Positions 12,067 through 23,705 of a DNA stretch of 64,000 nucleotides are shown in pieces; position 1 is the first letter of the stretch; every line of letters begins with the position of its first letter. Source of the DNA: Raillietiella orientalis (taxonomy: Eukaryota); contig JAYWIR010000040.1 in assembly GCA_036172245.1 (NCBI GenBank), positions 248,001 through 312,000 of the forward strand. Reading direction: 5' to 3'. The notes below the pieces were generated by a model. That model was given only the letters and a program-made list of their open reading frames with translations, ran no database searches and had not been told where the DNA came from. The position numbers and the translations under genes are program-made.

Positions 12067-15000
12067 CCCCCAAGGCTGGCAAGAAGGCCGTAAGGCGTCC
12101 GGCCTCCCCTCAGGAGTTCCCCACTTTCGACCCCGAGGTGGAGGCCGGAAGCGCAGCCTGCGTTTCCACGGCACCGCGCAAGAAGGCTGGACGTAAGTCC
12201 ACAAAGCCAAGGAAGCTCGTCTCCCCCGTCGAAGGGGAAGAGATGGCTTCCGCGAGCGAGGGCGCCATGAGCGTGGGAAACTCTCGGGACCCGTCGACCG
12301 AGAGACTCCCACGCGCGGACACGGAGGGGATGGAGGGGGTGGAGGCCGAACAGGTGCCTCAGGTGCCTGAGAAGGCCGAAACCCCCATGGACATCCCGCC
12401 CGCCTGGCAAGAGGCGGGCTCCCCCACACCTTAATCTTCCCAGCAGTAATGCCGGGAATCTCCTCCCGCCGTCGTCTGCGCATCGCCGTTTGGAACGTGA
12501 ACGGCATGACAGACGCCGGCAGGAGACGAGACATGGCCGCCCTTCTCGAGTCCTACGACCTTGCGCTGCTGCAGGAGATCCACGTGATCTCTGCAGAACA
12601 AGCGCAATAGATCGAACGGATCTCCGGAGGGCGGCTATGGTACAGGCGTGGGAGAGCGAAAACTTGCGGTGTCGCCTACCTGCTTCGGCCAGCCGTCGAG
12701 GCCGCGGCTAGGGGCGTGCGGTTCGACGATCACGGTCGTGTCGGCCAGCTGACTCTCAGGTGGTCCGAGTCGATTGATCTGATCGTCACGAACGTGTACG
12801 CACCGAGCGGCAAGGACCTGATGAACAGAAGGGCGAGGAAAGAGCTTTTCCTTGCCCTCCGGCGAGACTGGCTGAGCGAAGCAGGCGTGCGGAATGCCCA
12901 TCTGGTTGCTGGCGATTTCAACGTTCTCCTGAAACCAGATGAGCAGAATCCTGTGCGTGACCTGGTCAACGAGGTGTGCATGGCGGTGCACACCTGTAAT
13001 CTGTTGGCCAGTGCACCGGGGATGGAAGGCAGCATTGACCACCTGTTTCTTGACGAGCACCTGTGCCCTCGCGTGGACAGGCGCGGGAAGTTACCGTGCG
13101 AGCTGTCCGACCACCGCCCGCTAGTCCTCGAAATCCATCCGCGCGACAGGGGTCCCCCTCGTCAGCGTGGCGTCTCCCAGGAAAATGGCTGAAGCTCCCG
13201 GACGCGGCGGAACATCTCCGCACGTTCATACGGAGCTTCAGGCTGCGGACACTCCAGGATTGGGACCGCTTCAAGCGGTCGGTCCAGGAGTTTTGCGACC
13301 AGTTCCCTCTGCACCGCCTACCTACGGGTTTTGGGACCGGGGTCCTTAAGGAACGAGCCTACCTGCAGGCCTGTCGTTACGCCAGGACCCTCGACATCCT
13401 CAGGCTGGCGGAATACAAAGCGGGAGCCGAGAGGCAAGCATGGCACTCCGGATCGGCCAGCTTACTGGACGATCAGGGCCAGGAGCACACGGCACTTGCT
13501 TAAATCCGCGGCCTGCTGCGGAGTTACTACTCCTCCCTGTATGCCAGGGCACCTCCGGATAGAAACGTCTCACGACTCCTGCTTCCGGAAAGCGCTCCAG
13601 CGATCGCAAAGGAGCAGAGAAAGACCCTCGACGAGCCTTTCACGATGGACGAGATCCTCTCGGCCATCGGAAAGCTCAAAAGGCGAAAGGCTCCAGGGGA
13701 GGACGGCCTGCCCGCGGAGTTTGATCAAACTTTCGCGGCTGAGCTTAGCCCCCTGGTACAGCAACTCACCTTGCTGATACGCGAGACAGGTGACGTTCCC
13801 GCCTCGTTTCGTTCGGCAAAGGTGCGGCTCCTCCCTAAGGGAGGAGATCTGAGAAGCGTGAACAACTGGCGTCCCATCACAATAGTGAATGCGCACGCGT
13901 AGTTGATAGCCAAGATGTGGGCAGAGCGTCTGGGACGGGTTACCAACATCTTCATCAGCCCGGAACAGACATATGCTGTTCCCGGGCGAAGCATGGAGCC
14001 GAACCTGTTACACGCTTCCACCTGGCTAGAACTCCAACATGAAAGGAGCTTGGTGCGCAACCGGAATTCCGGTGCGTGCGCCGGCAAGGGGTTGGATGGT
14101 CGGGTGGGGGAGGGAGCCCTTGCGGACGCAATCGACTTGCGAAAAGCATTCGATTGCGTCGACCAGCATCTCCTTCTGGAGATTTTGGAACGCTTGGGCT
14201 GAACGGCCTCATTAGTAACCTATCTGCGCTCCTGCTGGCGCGAAGCGCTCAACAATGTTACTTTCAGCGGGCAGACCGTGCACGGCGTGCCGGTGCGGCG
14301 TGGGATCCGGCAGGGAGACAGCCTGAGCCCCTTGCTCTTCAGTACCTGCTTTGAGTTGGTACTGAGAGAGCACAGGGGAACTCTGGCGCACCTACCGCCC
14401 GACTGTCCCGGTACGCCGGCCGTTTCAGCATACGCGGACGACCTTCTGCGGCTGCTCCCTATGTCCACCCCGGCTGCGGCGGTCGAGGAGTTCTTCGACC
14501 TGCTGCATAGGGGAACCGGACTTACGGTGAACAGGGCGAAGTCGTCCGCGATGCCAGTTGATGCGGCGTGGGCAGGGCAGCAGGACTGGGTCCGTTTTGA
14601 GATCCCCACGGTGAGGTACTTCAAGTACCTTGGTGTGCCGTTGGGGGACTACTCCCTTGCGGAAGCGTGGTCCAGCTGCCTCCAAACAGTAGAGACGGCG
14701 ATCGGCCCGTTCCGACGCGGCAGGTTTTTCCTGCCTGAACGGGCCGCGGTTTGGAACACGTTCGCGGCTGTTCTCCTCCGCTTCCTTCTTTTTGTTTGTT
14801 CCCCCACAGGGAGGGACAAAAAGCGGACGAAGGACCTCCTCCGTATCGCCCTTTGAGGCAACGGGAGGGCCCGAGTCCGCCTAAAGGACTTGTGCGCTCC
14901 TCGTCGGGATAGTGGTCTGGGCCTTCTGACGCTGGAGCGGCTGGAGCTTCAGCTCCAGTTCCGCTTGTCGGCACTCGTTCCAGAGTTGTCATGCACCTGT

Positions 15001-16246
15001 TGGTGCGTCCCTGCACGTCTCCTACTTCAGCAAGCCACCGGCAAGACGGGACTGACGTCGTTTCTTGCACTCCCTCTCCGCGTCAACCGATGCGGACTCC
15101 AGCTACAAAGGGTGGCTGCGCTGTATCGGAAAAACCCAGGATTGCTCACCTGTCGCCCGTTTAACGGTAGTGCCTGGTTGCAGTAAACCGTTCGAACGTG
15201 GGGACAGTTCGGCATGCAACGCTCCCAACAGGAACGAAGGTTCCAGTTTGGGGGTTACAGAAGTTGCACGCTCGGCGATATCCTGGAGGATCCAAAGAAG
15301 AGAGCGTGAGCAGGTAGAACCATCCTCGCTGCTGCGCTGCCCTCCCTGATGGAAGATCTGGACAGCGATGTTGCGGCGAAGTGGGTGGTTACAGCAACAA
15401 TCTCCGGAAAGGAGAAGAAGATGGAAGAGTGGAAGACGAACCAGTTAACAGACGCTGCGACCCCGTGTACGCCTCCCAATGGACTTCTGAGCTGGGGCGC
15501 GCTGCTCGATGTTCCCATTGAACATCTGAAGTGGCCCACGGTGCTCATGAACACTTCCGCCCTCCCCTTAAAATGGCAGGAGTCGGCTCTCCTGTTGCAG
15601 CACCTGGGACTATCCTGCAACGCCCGGCGACACCACTGGACCTCGGAAGCGGTGGACCCCAATTGCGTCAGGTGTGAGGAACGGGAGTCCCTCACCCACC
15701 TGCTAGTGGATTGGGTTGCCTTTCGGCCCCTTTGGTTTCGCTTTGCCGCAGCCATCGGAATCCCCTGCGGCAACCCCAGGGATGCACTGAAAGCCCTCTT
15801 CTTTGCCGACGCCCTTCGGCCAGCGGCCTCGTTAGCAGCTTTGTCCTGCCTACGCGGGATTGTCACCACTTGGAGCAAGGCGACGGGAGGACAACGCGAC
15901 CAGGGTGCCATCCAGCCAGCCTCTTAGTTCCTGAGGAGGGCCTCCCGATGGCCCCACCTGGATCCAGGAATACAGAAGAAGCTTGCCGGCATCCTGAAAA
16001 GGATGCAACGGCCCCACATGCAACTGTGATCCCTCCCTTACCCTCCCAAGTTTTCTTTTCTTTTTTGTTTTGTTTTTTGTATTTCCCCCTTCCTCCTGCT
16101 GCCGTGTTGGACCGTACTGGTCTGCGAACCGGTGAAACGGCAGGCTCTGTGTTTCTTCGTGCGTAGCTGGAGCAATGGTCCAGCCACCGCACGTCGTTGT
16201 AAATGTTTATTTTACAATAAACGCCCCTGCGAAATCCGGGTGAAAA
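12067..16246 (+). mobile_element. Family D: ORF1 C-terminus, decayed ORF2 (12449-~16029), 3' terminus
   Basis: TAATG 12447-12451, WNVNG, GDFN, DLRKAFD, YADD, CVRC..HLLVD; many stops; AATAAA+hairpin 16216-16242. Confidence 0.92.
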
Positions 16247-19200
16247 TCGAACGCCTTGTGGAGATCGACTGCGACCGCCAAGGCACCTGGCGTTCCCTCC
16301 TGCCGTCGGCGCCTGTTCTTCTTGCCTGCGGCAGTGACTTTCTGAGCAGCCTGGCTCTGCTGCGCCACAACTTCCTTCAGCTGCATCCATGTACGCGCGA
16401 AAAGGATGTTCGCCTCCATGGATCGTCCCGGAACCGCGTAGGTTTGTTCCGGGCTCACCACAGATTCCGCGATACTTCCTAACCGCGCGACACACAGCTT
16501 GGAAAACAACTTCACGTCCGAGTTCACCAAGGTGATCGGACGCCAGTTGTCAAGTTGACGCAAGTCTCCGCCTTTTGGCAGGAAACGCACCTTTGCTGAG
16601 CGGAAGGAATCCGGGACATTCCCGGATTCACTCATCAGCGTCGCGAGTTTCAGCATCAAGGGAATGAGCTCCTCTGCGAAGCACTGATAAAACTCTGCAG
16701 GGAGCCCATCCTCGTCTGGCGCCTTTCGTCTCTTCAGCCCAGCGATTGCGGACGAAAATTCATCCGTCGTGAAGGGCTCGTTGAGACGTTCGCGTTCCTC
16801 CTCGCCGAAAAACCGAGCATTCTGAGACAGTAGTATCTTAGAAAGAATATCCTCCGTTGAAGATTCCGCGTACAGCGAGGAGTAGTAGCGTCTCACAATG
16901 CGGCGTACTTCGGCTGGGGCCGAACATTCTGGCCCTTGTCGTCCAACAGGCATGCTGCTCCGGTCTGCCAGACCAGGCGCTCGGCCCTCGCCTTGTACTC
17001 TGCGAGACGCCCGACATCCGCGCGTCTTGAAAACGTGCGGGCCTGCAGAAAGTCTCTACTGTTGGCCACGCCCTCTCCGAAACCGCGTGGAAGCCGGTGC
17101 AAGGGGAATTGTCAGCAGTACTCGCGGACAGATCTTTTGAGATCGTCCCAGTCCCCAAGTTCTCGAATGGCAAAGCCTCGGAGGTATCCACGTAGATGCT
17201 CCGCAGCCTCCGGTTGGCTAAGCCAATCCGCCTGCATCCTCCAGCTTTGCAACGGAGGCCCCCTGCCTGGCGGAAGAATCTCAAACTCCAACCTGTGGTG
17301 GTCAGAAAGCTCAGTCAACAATCTTCCTCTCCTACCCACACGCGAATGCAGGTTTTCATCGAGGAAAACGTGATCGAGCGATCTTTCCATTCCAGGATCG
17401 CTGACCATCAAGTTGGCGGCGTGCACGGACGCGCACATCTCGATGGGCAGCGCGCGCTCCCTCGGGCGGCTCCAATCGTCGGAGAGCAGGCGGACGTTGA
17501 AGTTTCCAGCGACGAGGTGCGCCACTTGGAAGCCGGAGTTGTTGAGCCACTGGCTCTGCACCTCACCAAAGAAAGCTACTCTTTCTTCGAGGTAGCGAGA
17601 GCCACTCGGCGCGTAGACGTTTGTAACGACGAGATCGATGGACTCGGACCACTTGATGACAAGCTGGCCTATCCGTCCGTCGTCATCGAAACGAACACTA
17701 CGCACCGCTTCCGCCATTTTTCCTCTTACGAGGAACGCGACGCCGCACGTGTGTGCGCCGCCGCACCGCCAATGTAGCGTTCCGCCTGCGCGCTCCTCGA
17801 TTTCGGCTGCCTGCTCGTCGGAGATTACGTGAATCTCCTGCAGGAGCGCGAGGTCGAAGGGGCGCAGGGCGTTGGCTACTAATCGCCTCTTCTCGTCGTT
17901 CTGTAGTCCGTTCACGTTCCAACACGTTACGGACAGACGACGAGAAGACGCGATTCCCCGCATTACTGCTGGGAAGGTGGCGGCTTTTTGCTCGCTTTAT
18001 CCGGCGAGCAGACGGCGAGCAGCACGACTGGCTGGAGGGGACGGTCGCCACCGTCCTCTGTCGTGCTGCATGCATGTAATGCCTCCACGCCAGGCTTAAC
18101 CCCGTTGGGTTTCGTGGAAACTTCGCGTGGCTTTGTGGCTAGCGTTGCCTGGCTGCCTACTTTTGATCGGCGCGCACGCGCTTTCGAACGAGTTGTCCTC
18201 GTCTCGGTGATCGGAACTGCATCCATTTCGGAGTCCGACCGGCGCATGTTCGATCGGGTTTCGGTCTTCCACGAAATAGTGACAGGTTCTGCTGGATTGA
18301 CAGCTGTCCTGTTGTTTTTTCCGTCTCGAGAGCATCGCTTTTGGTGACGGTTGCTTTCATGGCGCGCGCGTTTTCAGCGTGCTCACGCGAAGTTGCACGA
18401 GAGACCTTTGCTGAAGACTTCTTTACTTCATTACAATTCCTCACTTCGCGTGGCGCCGTAAATGGAGATTGTGCTCCATTGCCATCTTTGAAGCCATCCG
18501 CGTCTTTGGACAGGAGCACTTTCCATGGCTCCGACACGCTTGTCATGGACGCTGCCTTCGGTAGGGCTTTTAATCCCTTCGTTGGCATGGCATCCGCGTC
18601 AGTCGAGAGCTTGCTCTCCGACTGCGTCGGCGTGAGATTTTTCTCCGCTTTCGCGGTGTTGGATCGCGACGCAGATTTTTTTTTGCGGACTTTCGAAGTC
18701 GACACGGCACAACCCTTCTTACGCGATTTGGGCTTCTCAGCCACTGCGGGAGTTGAAGGAATGGATCTGACGGTACTGGAAGTGTCCTTAACGCCGTTCT
18801 CCATTGGCGTCACCGCCGGCTGCTCGAACTCCGAGAGAGCCGGGCGTGCTTGGGAAAGACCGCTATTGCGCCTAGGGGGACTTACCTTTGCCCCGGATTC
18901 CCTGCACCCTTTTTTTTGCGGCTCCCCTGCCGCGAGAGGGGGCGCGCAGGCCTTCGCATGCGAGGTTTCCTGCTGCTTTGGGGCGACATTCCGCCTCGCG
19001 TTTTTTCGGAATTTCTGCCGTGGGGTCTCCAGGTTTTTCGCAGAATTTTTCTTTTTATCCGCGCTTTCTTTTTTAAAATGGAGCTCCGCGGCTGCCTTTT
19101 TTCGCAAAAGATCCGGGCAATTTTTCAATTGGTGCCCTGATAGTTTGCAATAACGGCATTTTCCAGAGGGGCATTTATCCAAACAATGCCCCTCCTTCCC

Positions 19201-19962
19201 GCATTGCTCGCATGTTCTTACTTTGCCCACGAACCACAGGTGAACGACCGTGTCTTTCAGCTGTAGTTTGGTGGGCAGCAGACGGCGGTCCGGCATTGTA
19301 AGCCGGACTCCAGCGAATCCGCTGTGTATGGACGGGAAGTCATTGAGGTTGCTACGCACCCTCCACAGCGCATGGACCGTGGCGAATTTCGCCAACGCGT
19401 TCCGAATATCAATAACGGAGATTTGCGACTCGATGTCGAAAATCTCCGCAACAAATGAGTCGTCCATGGCGGCCGGGAAGTCCTTCTGGCCACGGATCGA
19501 CAACGGGGTGCGCAGCAAGCGTTGCACAAGTGCAGCGTCTTTGCAACGCACCTTTAAATAGCCCATGTCTTTTACGGACATAATGGCGAGAAGGTCCTCC
19601 TCCCGCACGCCAACATGGGTCAGTTCATCGTTGAACTGATTTCCGTCGCGCGCAGAAAGAAAACCACTCACCTTATATCGGAGAGCAGGTCTATAGCCTT
19701 GGGCTACGTATGCCCGCAACTCCGACTCGTCGAGTGGTTTCCCTTTGACGGCTGCTGTGGCGGCAACGTCAGCAAAACTCCTCTCCATTGGCGACAAAGA
19801 CGAAGTGGAGGCGGCCGTCGGTTCCGCGATTGCAGATCCGGATGCTGTTCCTCCAACTTCAGTAGCTTCAAGTTGGGTCAACATCGTCGTCAAAATGTAC
19901 GACGCCAAGATGAAGCGGATGAAAGCACGGAGACGAGAGCGAAGAAAAACACGTCCGCACTC
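16247..19962 (-). mobile_element. Family E, 5' part (5' UTR, ORF1, endonuclease, RT up to KAFD)
   Basis: 5' motif at 19956-19945; ORF1 with two CCHC knuckles; TAATG at 17965-17961; ORF2 CWNVNG...DLHKAFD. Confidence 0.92.
17963..19884 (-). pseudogene. Family E ORF1 (gag-like, 2x CCHC zinc knuckle, long K/S/A-rich tail), probable frameshift near 18340
   Basis: CEQCGKEGHCLDKC and CRYCKLSGHQLKNC; C-terminus (LQPVVLL..PPSQQ) lies in another frame. Confidence 0.8.
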
Positions 19963-22270
19963 GATTGAAATCTCCCGCTATCAGGTGAGGCTACCGCACG
20001 CTCGTGTTCGCCAGCCAGTCTCCCTTCAGGGATTCAAGCAGCCTGCTACGGTTGCTGTATCCCTTTTTGACCGGTTCGGACGTACACATTCGTGACGATC
20101 AGATCGATCGAGTCGGACCAGCCGACAGTCAGCTGACCGACCCGAGCGTCGTCATCGAAGCGCACGCCCTTCACGGCAGCGTCGATGGCCGGCTTGACGA
20201 AGAACGCGACCCCGCAGGTGTTGCGGATGCCGCATTGCCAGTACAGCCGACCCCCCGCGATCGCCTCGATCTCCTGGACGTCTGCCGCGTTGATCACATG
20301 GATCTCCTGCAACAGGGCCAGGTCGAACTCCCGCAGGGTGTCGGCTGTATCTCGCCTGTTACCCTCGTCGCGCAGCCCGTTGACATTCCAACAGGCCGCG
20401 CGAATCCGACGGCGACTGGCGAGCCCAGGTGTTACTCCTGGGAAGATGGCGATGAGGCGTCCGCCACCTGCTTGGGCAAGACGCTAGGTGGAGGAGGAGG
20501 GTCAGGTGCTGAAGGCACCTCGTCCCCCTCCTCCATAGGTAACGGCGCGTCGAGCCGATCAGCCACAGGTGGTGTCGCCTACCTGTTCGCCCTCCTCCAC
20601 GTGGGCGGGCTGTTCAGGCTCGGCGACTGCAGGAAGGACTTCGCCCCCCTGCTCACCCTCCTTCATAAAGGTGGCTGGCTCGACGGCTTCCGAGCGTGGG
20701 AGTTCCCCCTCTGGGATTCCCACGCTAGCGCTACCTTCCTGCTTCTCCTCCTCGCTGGTGGAAGGGAGGCGCCTCCTGGGTTTCTGGGACTTGCGTCCCG
20801 ACTTCCTGGGGGGTGCCTCCGAGGAGAAGGATGTACTTCCGGTCCCAGGTCTAACTCATCTGTGGGGGCCTTCTTCGCCGGAGCCGGCCTTCGCACGGCC
20901 TTGCGCGATGGGTTCTCACGCTCGGCCAGCGTGACCGCGAGCTCCTCCGTTGCCTGCGCGAACGCGGCGTCCGCGGCTTCGACCGCCGCTTTGTCGCGCG
21001 GCTCACCCTCTGTGTAAACAGAGGGTTCGCCGTCGCGAGCCTCGGGCGCAGCGGAAACGGCAGGGGGAGGATCGTCGCTCCGGGTGGCAACCTCGGGAAC
21101 GACGCTTCGTTCCAGTGCCACCGTGCACTCGCCAGAGTTTTCGAGCGCGGACCGGGTTTTTTCGGCTTACCGGCCGTCTTGCGCTCTTTGCTCTCCGCGG
21201 ATGGGAGTTTCTTTGGCTTTCTGGCCTCTACAAGCTGCCATCCCTCTTCGCCTTCCACCGTTTCAGAAGGTTTATCCTCCGAATTACGCGCCGGAGGTTG
21301 AGGTGTTTGCAGCTTGTGCTGGCCCTTTTCCACTTTAGGTCTAGAGACCTTTGAAGCGCGTTTCCCCTGCGCTTTTTTCGCGGCAGGGGGAACCGGGGTG
21401 GGGCGTTTGGGGCACACGCGCCGAACGTGGCCCCGCTCCCCGCACAAATGGCATTGTATATTGGGACACCTTTTACGTAGGTGTCCCACGGTATCACAAT
21501 GCCCGCAATACCGGGGCTTCCCTACATACCACAGGTCGACGTTTTCTTGCGCCACCTGTAGTTTGTGGGGAAGCCCACAATTCTCCCTTACGGTGATCCG
21601 CGCTGCAGCCTGCCCACCAAAAAGGCTATCGAAGCCGTCGAAAATGGAGGGTTCCGGCCACAGTGCGTGCACCTCACCGTTCTTTCGCAGTTCTTCACCA
21701 ACCGCTGACCGCGTCTTGCGGCTGGTGATGCCAGTCATGTGGACCACCACGGAGCGGTCCACTGATACTGGCAGGATCTTGCGGCCGTCTACGTTCAGCG
21801 GCGCATGGATTAGGCGGTGAGCCAAGGTGACATCTTTGGAGACCACCTCGACCCGCTGCCCGCCGCTGAGGACAGAGAGGCCGTCCAGATCCTTCTCAGT
21901 GACATTCGCGTCCTTCAACGCTTTGGTGAAGGCGCGCGCTGTCCGGCCGTCGAACAAGTTGCCTACCTGGTAGACCAGCGATCTCTTGTACTCAGAGGCC
22001 TTGTATGCGGCCATCTCGGCCATGGTTTCTGCGCTGGGCGCGTCCACCATGGCGCTCCATGTCCTCGGCGTGGCCGGGGATGATTCCGGGGCGGCTGCCC
22101 CTGCTCCAGTAGGCTGTGGGGGCGAACTAGCCTCCCCCAGTCCCACCTCCATCGCGGTGTCCTCTGGCGTCGTGGCCATTGGACACCGACGATGTACACA
22201 AAACACCACACACAAGAAAGCGCTTTCCTACTACCCTTTGAGGAGTGAAGGAAAAACACGTCCTCCAACT
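19963..22270 (-). mobile_element. Family C, 5' part (5' UTR, ORF1, endonuclease up to GDFN)
   Basis: Starts AGTTGGAGGACGTGTTTTT; ORF1 MATTPEDTAMEV..CGHCDTVGHLRKRC..CHLCGERGHVRRVC; ORF2 CWNVNGLRDEG..HLIAGDFN. Confidence 0.92.
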
Positions 22271-23705
22271 GGCCTTGGAGGGGGCTGGCTGCAACGATGC
22301 TGCCAGCTCCTCCGCCGCACGCTCGAAGGCGGCGTCATCGATCACCGTCTCGATTACGGACGCTTCCGCCGGTTCGCTCCCCACGCTGTTGACATTTTCA
22401 ACAGTGGATTGCTCGTCGGAAGCAGCGATTTCTACCTTGCGGCGTTCGACGAAGACGAGTTCCACGACGACACTGCATTCTTTTAAATTCTCGCTAACCT
22501 GCTGTTTTTTATTTTGGTAGGCGAGCTTTTTTTCAATTCGTCGTTCTTTCTTTGACTTTTTCTTTTTCGCTGTGGCTTCTTGCCATTCCGACACCTGACC
22601 GCTTTTGTCGATCTTTTCGGCATTCGTTGCCGGGGTGTCGGCTGAGGCCTGGAACACGGGAGTGGGTGGCACAGCTTGAGCGGCAGCCTTCGCCGCCAGC
22701 CTTTTCTGTAGCAGCCGCGCGCGTTTTTTTAGGTTCCTCGCGGAATCCACGCGCACAGCGGATTGTGGACACACTTTCTTCGTGTGGCCCATTGTCCCGC
22801 ATACCAGGCACTGTACGTTGGGGCACCTCCTTTTGAGGTGTGCCGACGTGTTGCAGAAGCCACAGTATTTGGGCTTCCCCACGTACCAGAGGTCGACGCT
22901 TTCTCCGCCGACCACCAGTTTGTGGGGATGGGTAGAGCCCTCCCGAACGGTTACACGGGCAGCCGTGAGGCCGCACTGAACTGTGGTATAGTCCTCGAAA
23001 GGACTAGGCTTGGTCCATACTGCATGGACCGTGCCTTCTTTTCCCAACACGGCGCGTAACTGTTCTTTCCGCATCCGCGCGGTAACTCCTAAAAGGTAAA
23101 CCACCATACTGTGGTCCGCCGCAACGGAAAGGAGCCTGCGTGTCCCCATTACCACGGGGGTTTTAAGCAGACGTTGGGACAGATCTGCATGTTTGCAGAT
23201 CACCTCTACGTACTGCCCCCCGCTACGAATGGTCATAGCGCACAGCTCCTCTTTAACATCGAGAGCGCGCATCCCCTTCGAAAAGGCGCGCGCACTCTCA
23301 GAAGAATACAAATTTCCTACCTTGTAGAATAGTGATGGGTTATACCCCTCTTCCACATATGCAGATAATTCCGCCGCGGCTGCAGGAGATGGCGCCGACA
23401 CGACGGCGCTCCACGCCCGCGCTGCAGCGGGGACCGGTTTTGTGGGGGCGGACGTCCCCACCTCCTTCGCCACTGAAGGCGACGTTGCCGCCGCCCCCTG
23501 GCACTTCAACATTTCTAGAGGCGACGTTGCCGCCGCCACTTGGCACTCAATTTCTTCAGGAGGCGACGTTGCCACCGCCCCCTGACACGCACTGGTGGTC
23601 GTGTCAGGCATTGCTGCCTGATCGACCACCACCACACACGAAGCCTACACCTATGGACCGTTCCCGGCACGAGGAGCACCGAGAAAACACGTCCGCTCTA
23701 GCCGA
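22271..23705 (-). mobile_element. Family D, 5' part (5' UTR and ORF1 up to LQPAPSKA)
   Basis: 5' motif ggacgtgttttc at ~23694-23683; ORF1 MPDTTTS..CGFCNTSAHLKRRC..CLVCGTMGHTKKVC. Confidence 0.9.
23478..23590 (-). repeat. Three 42-bp tandem repeats in the family D ORF1 N-terminus (CQ.AAATSP)
   Basis: ggcgacgttgcc recurs at 23478, 23520 and 23562. Confidence 0.85.

Noticed and set aside
5871..19962. 5871-7977 and 16247-19962 as two halves of one element despite the shared 14-bp repeat
   Set aside because: The 3' half matches family C and the 5' half is A-like family E; recombination or deletion is needed to explain the pairing.
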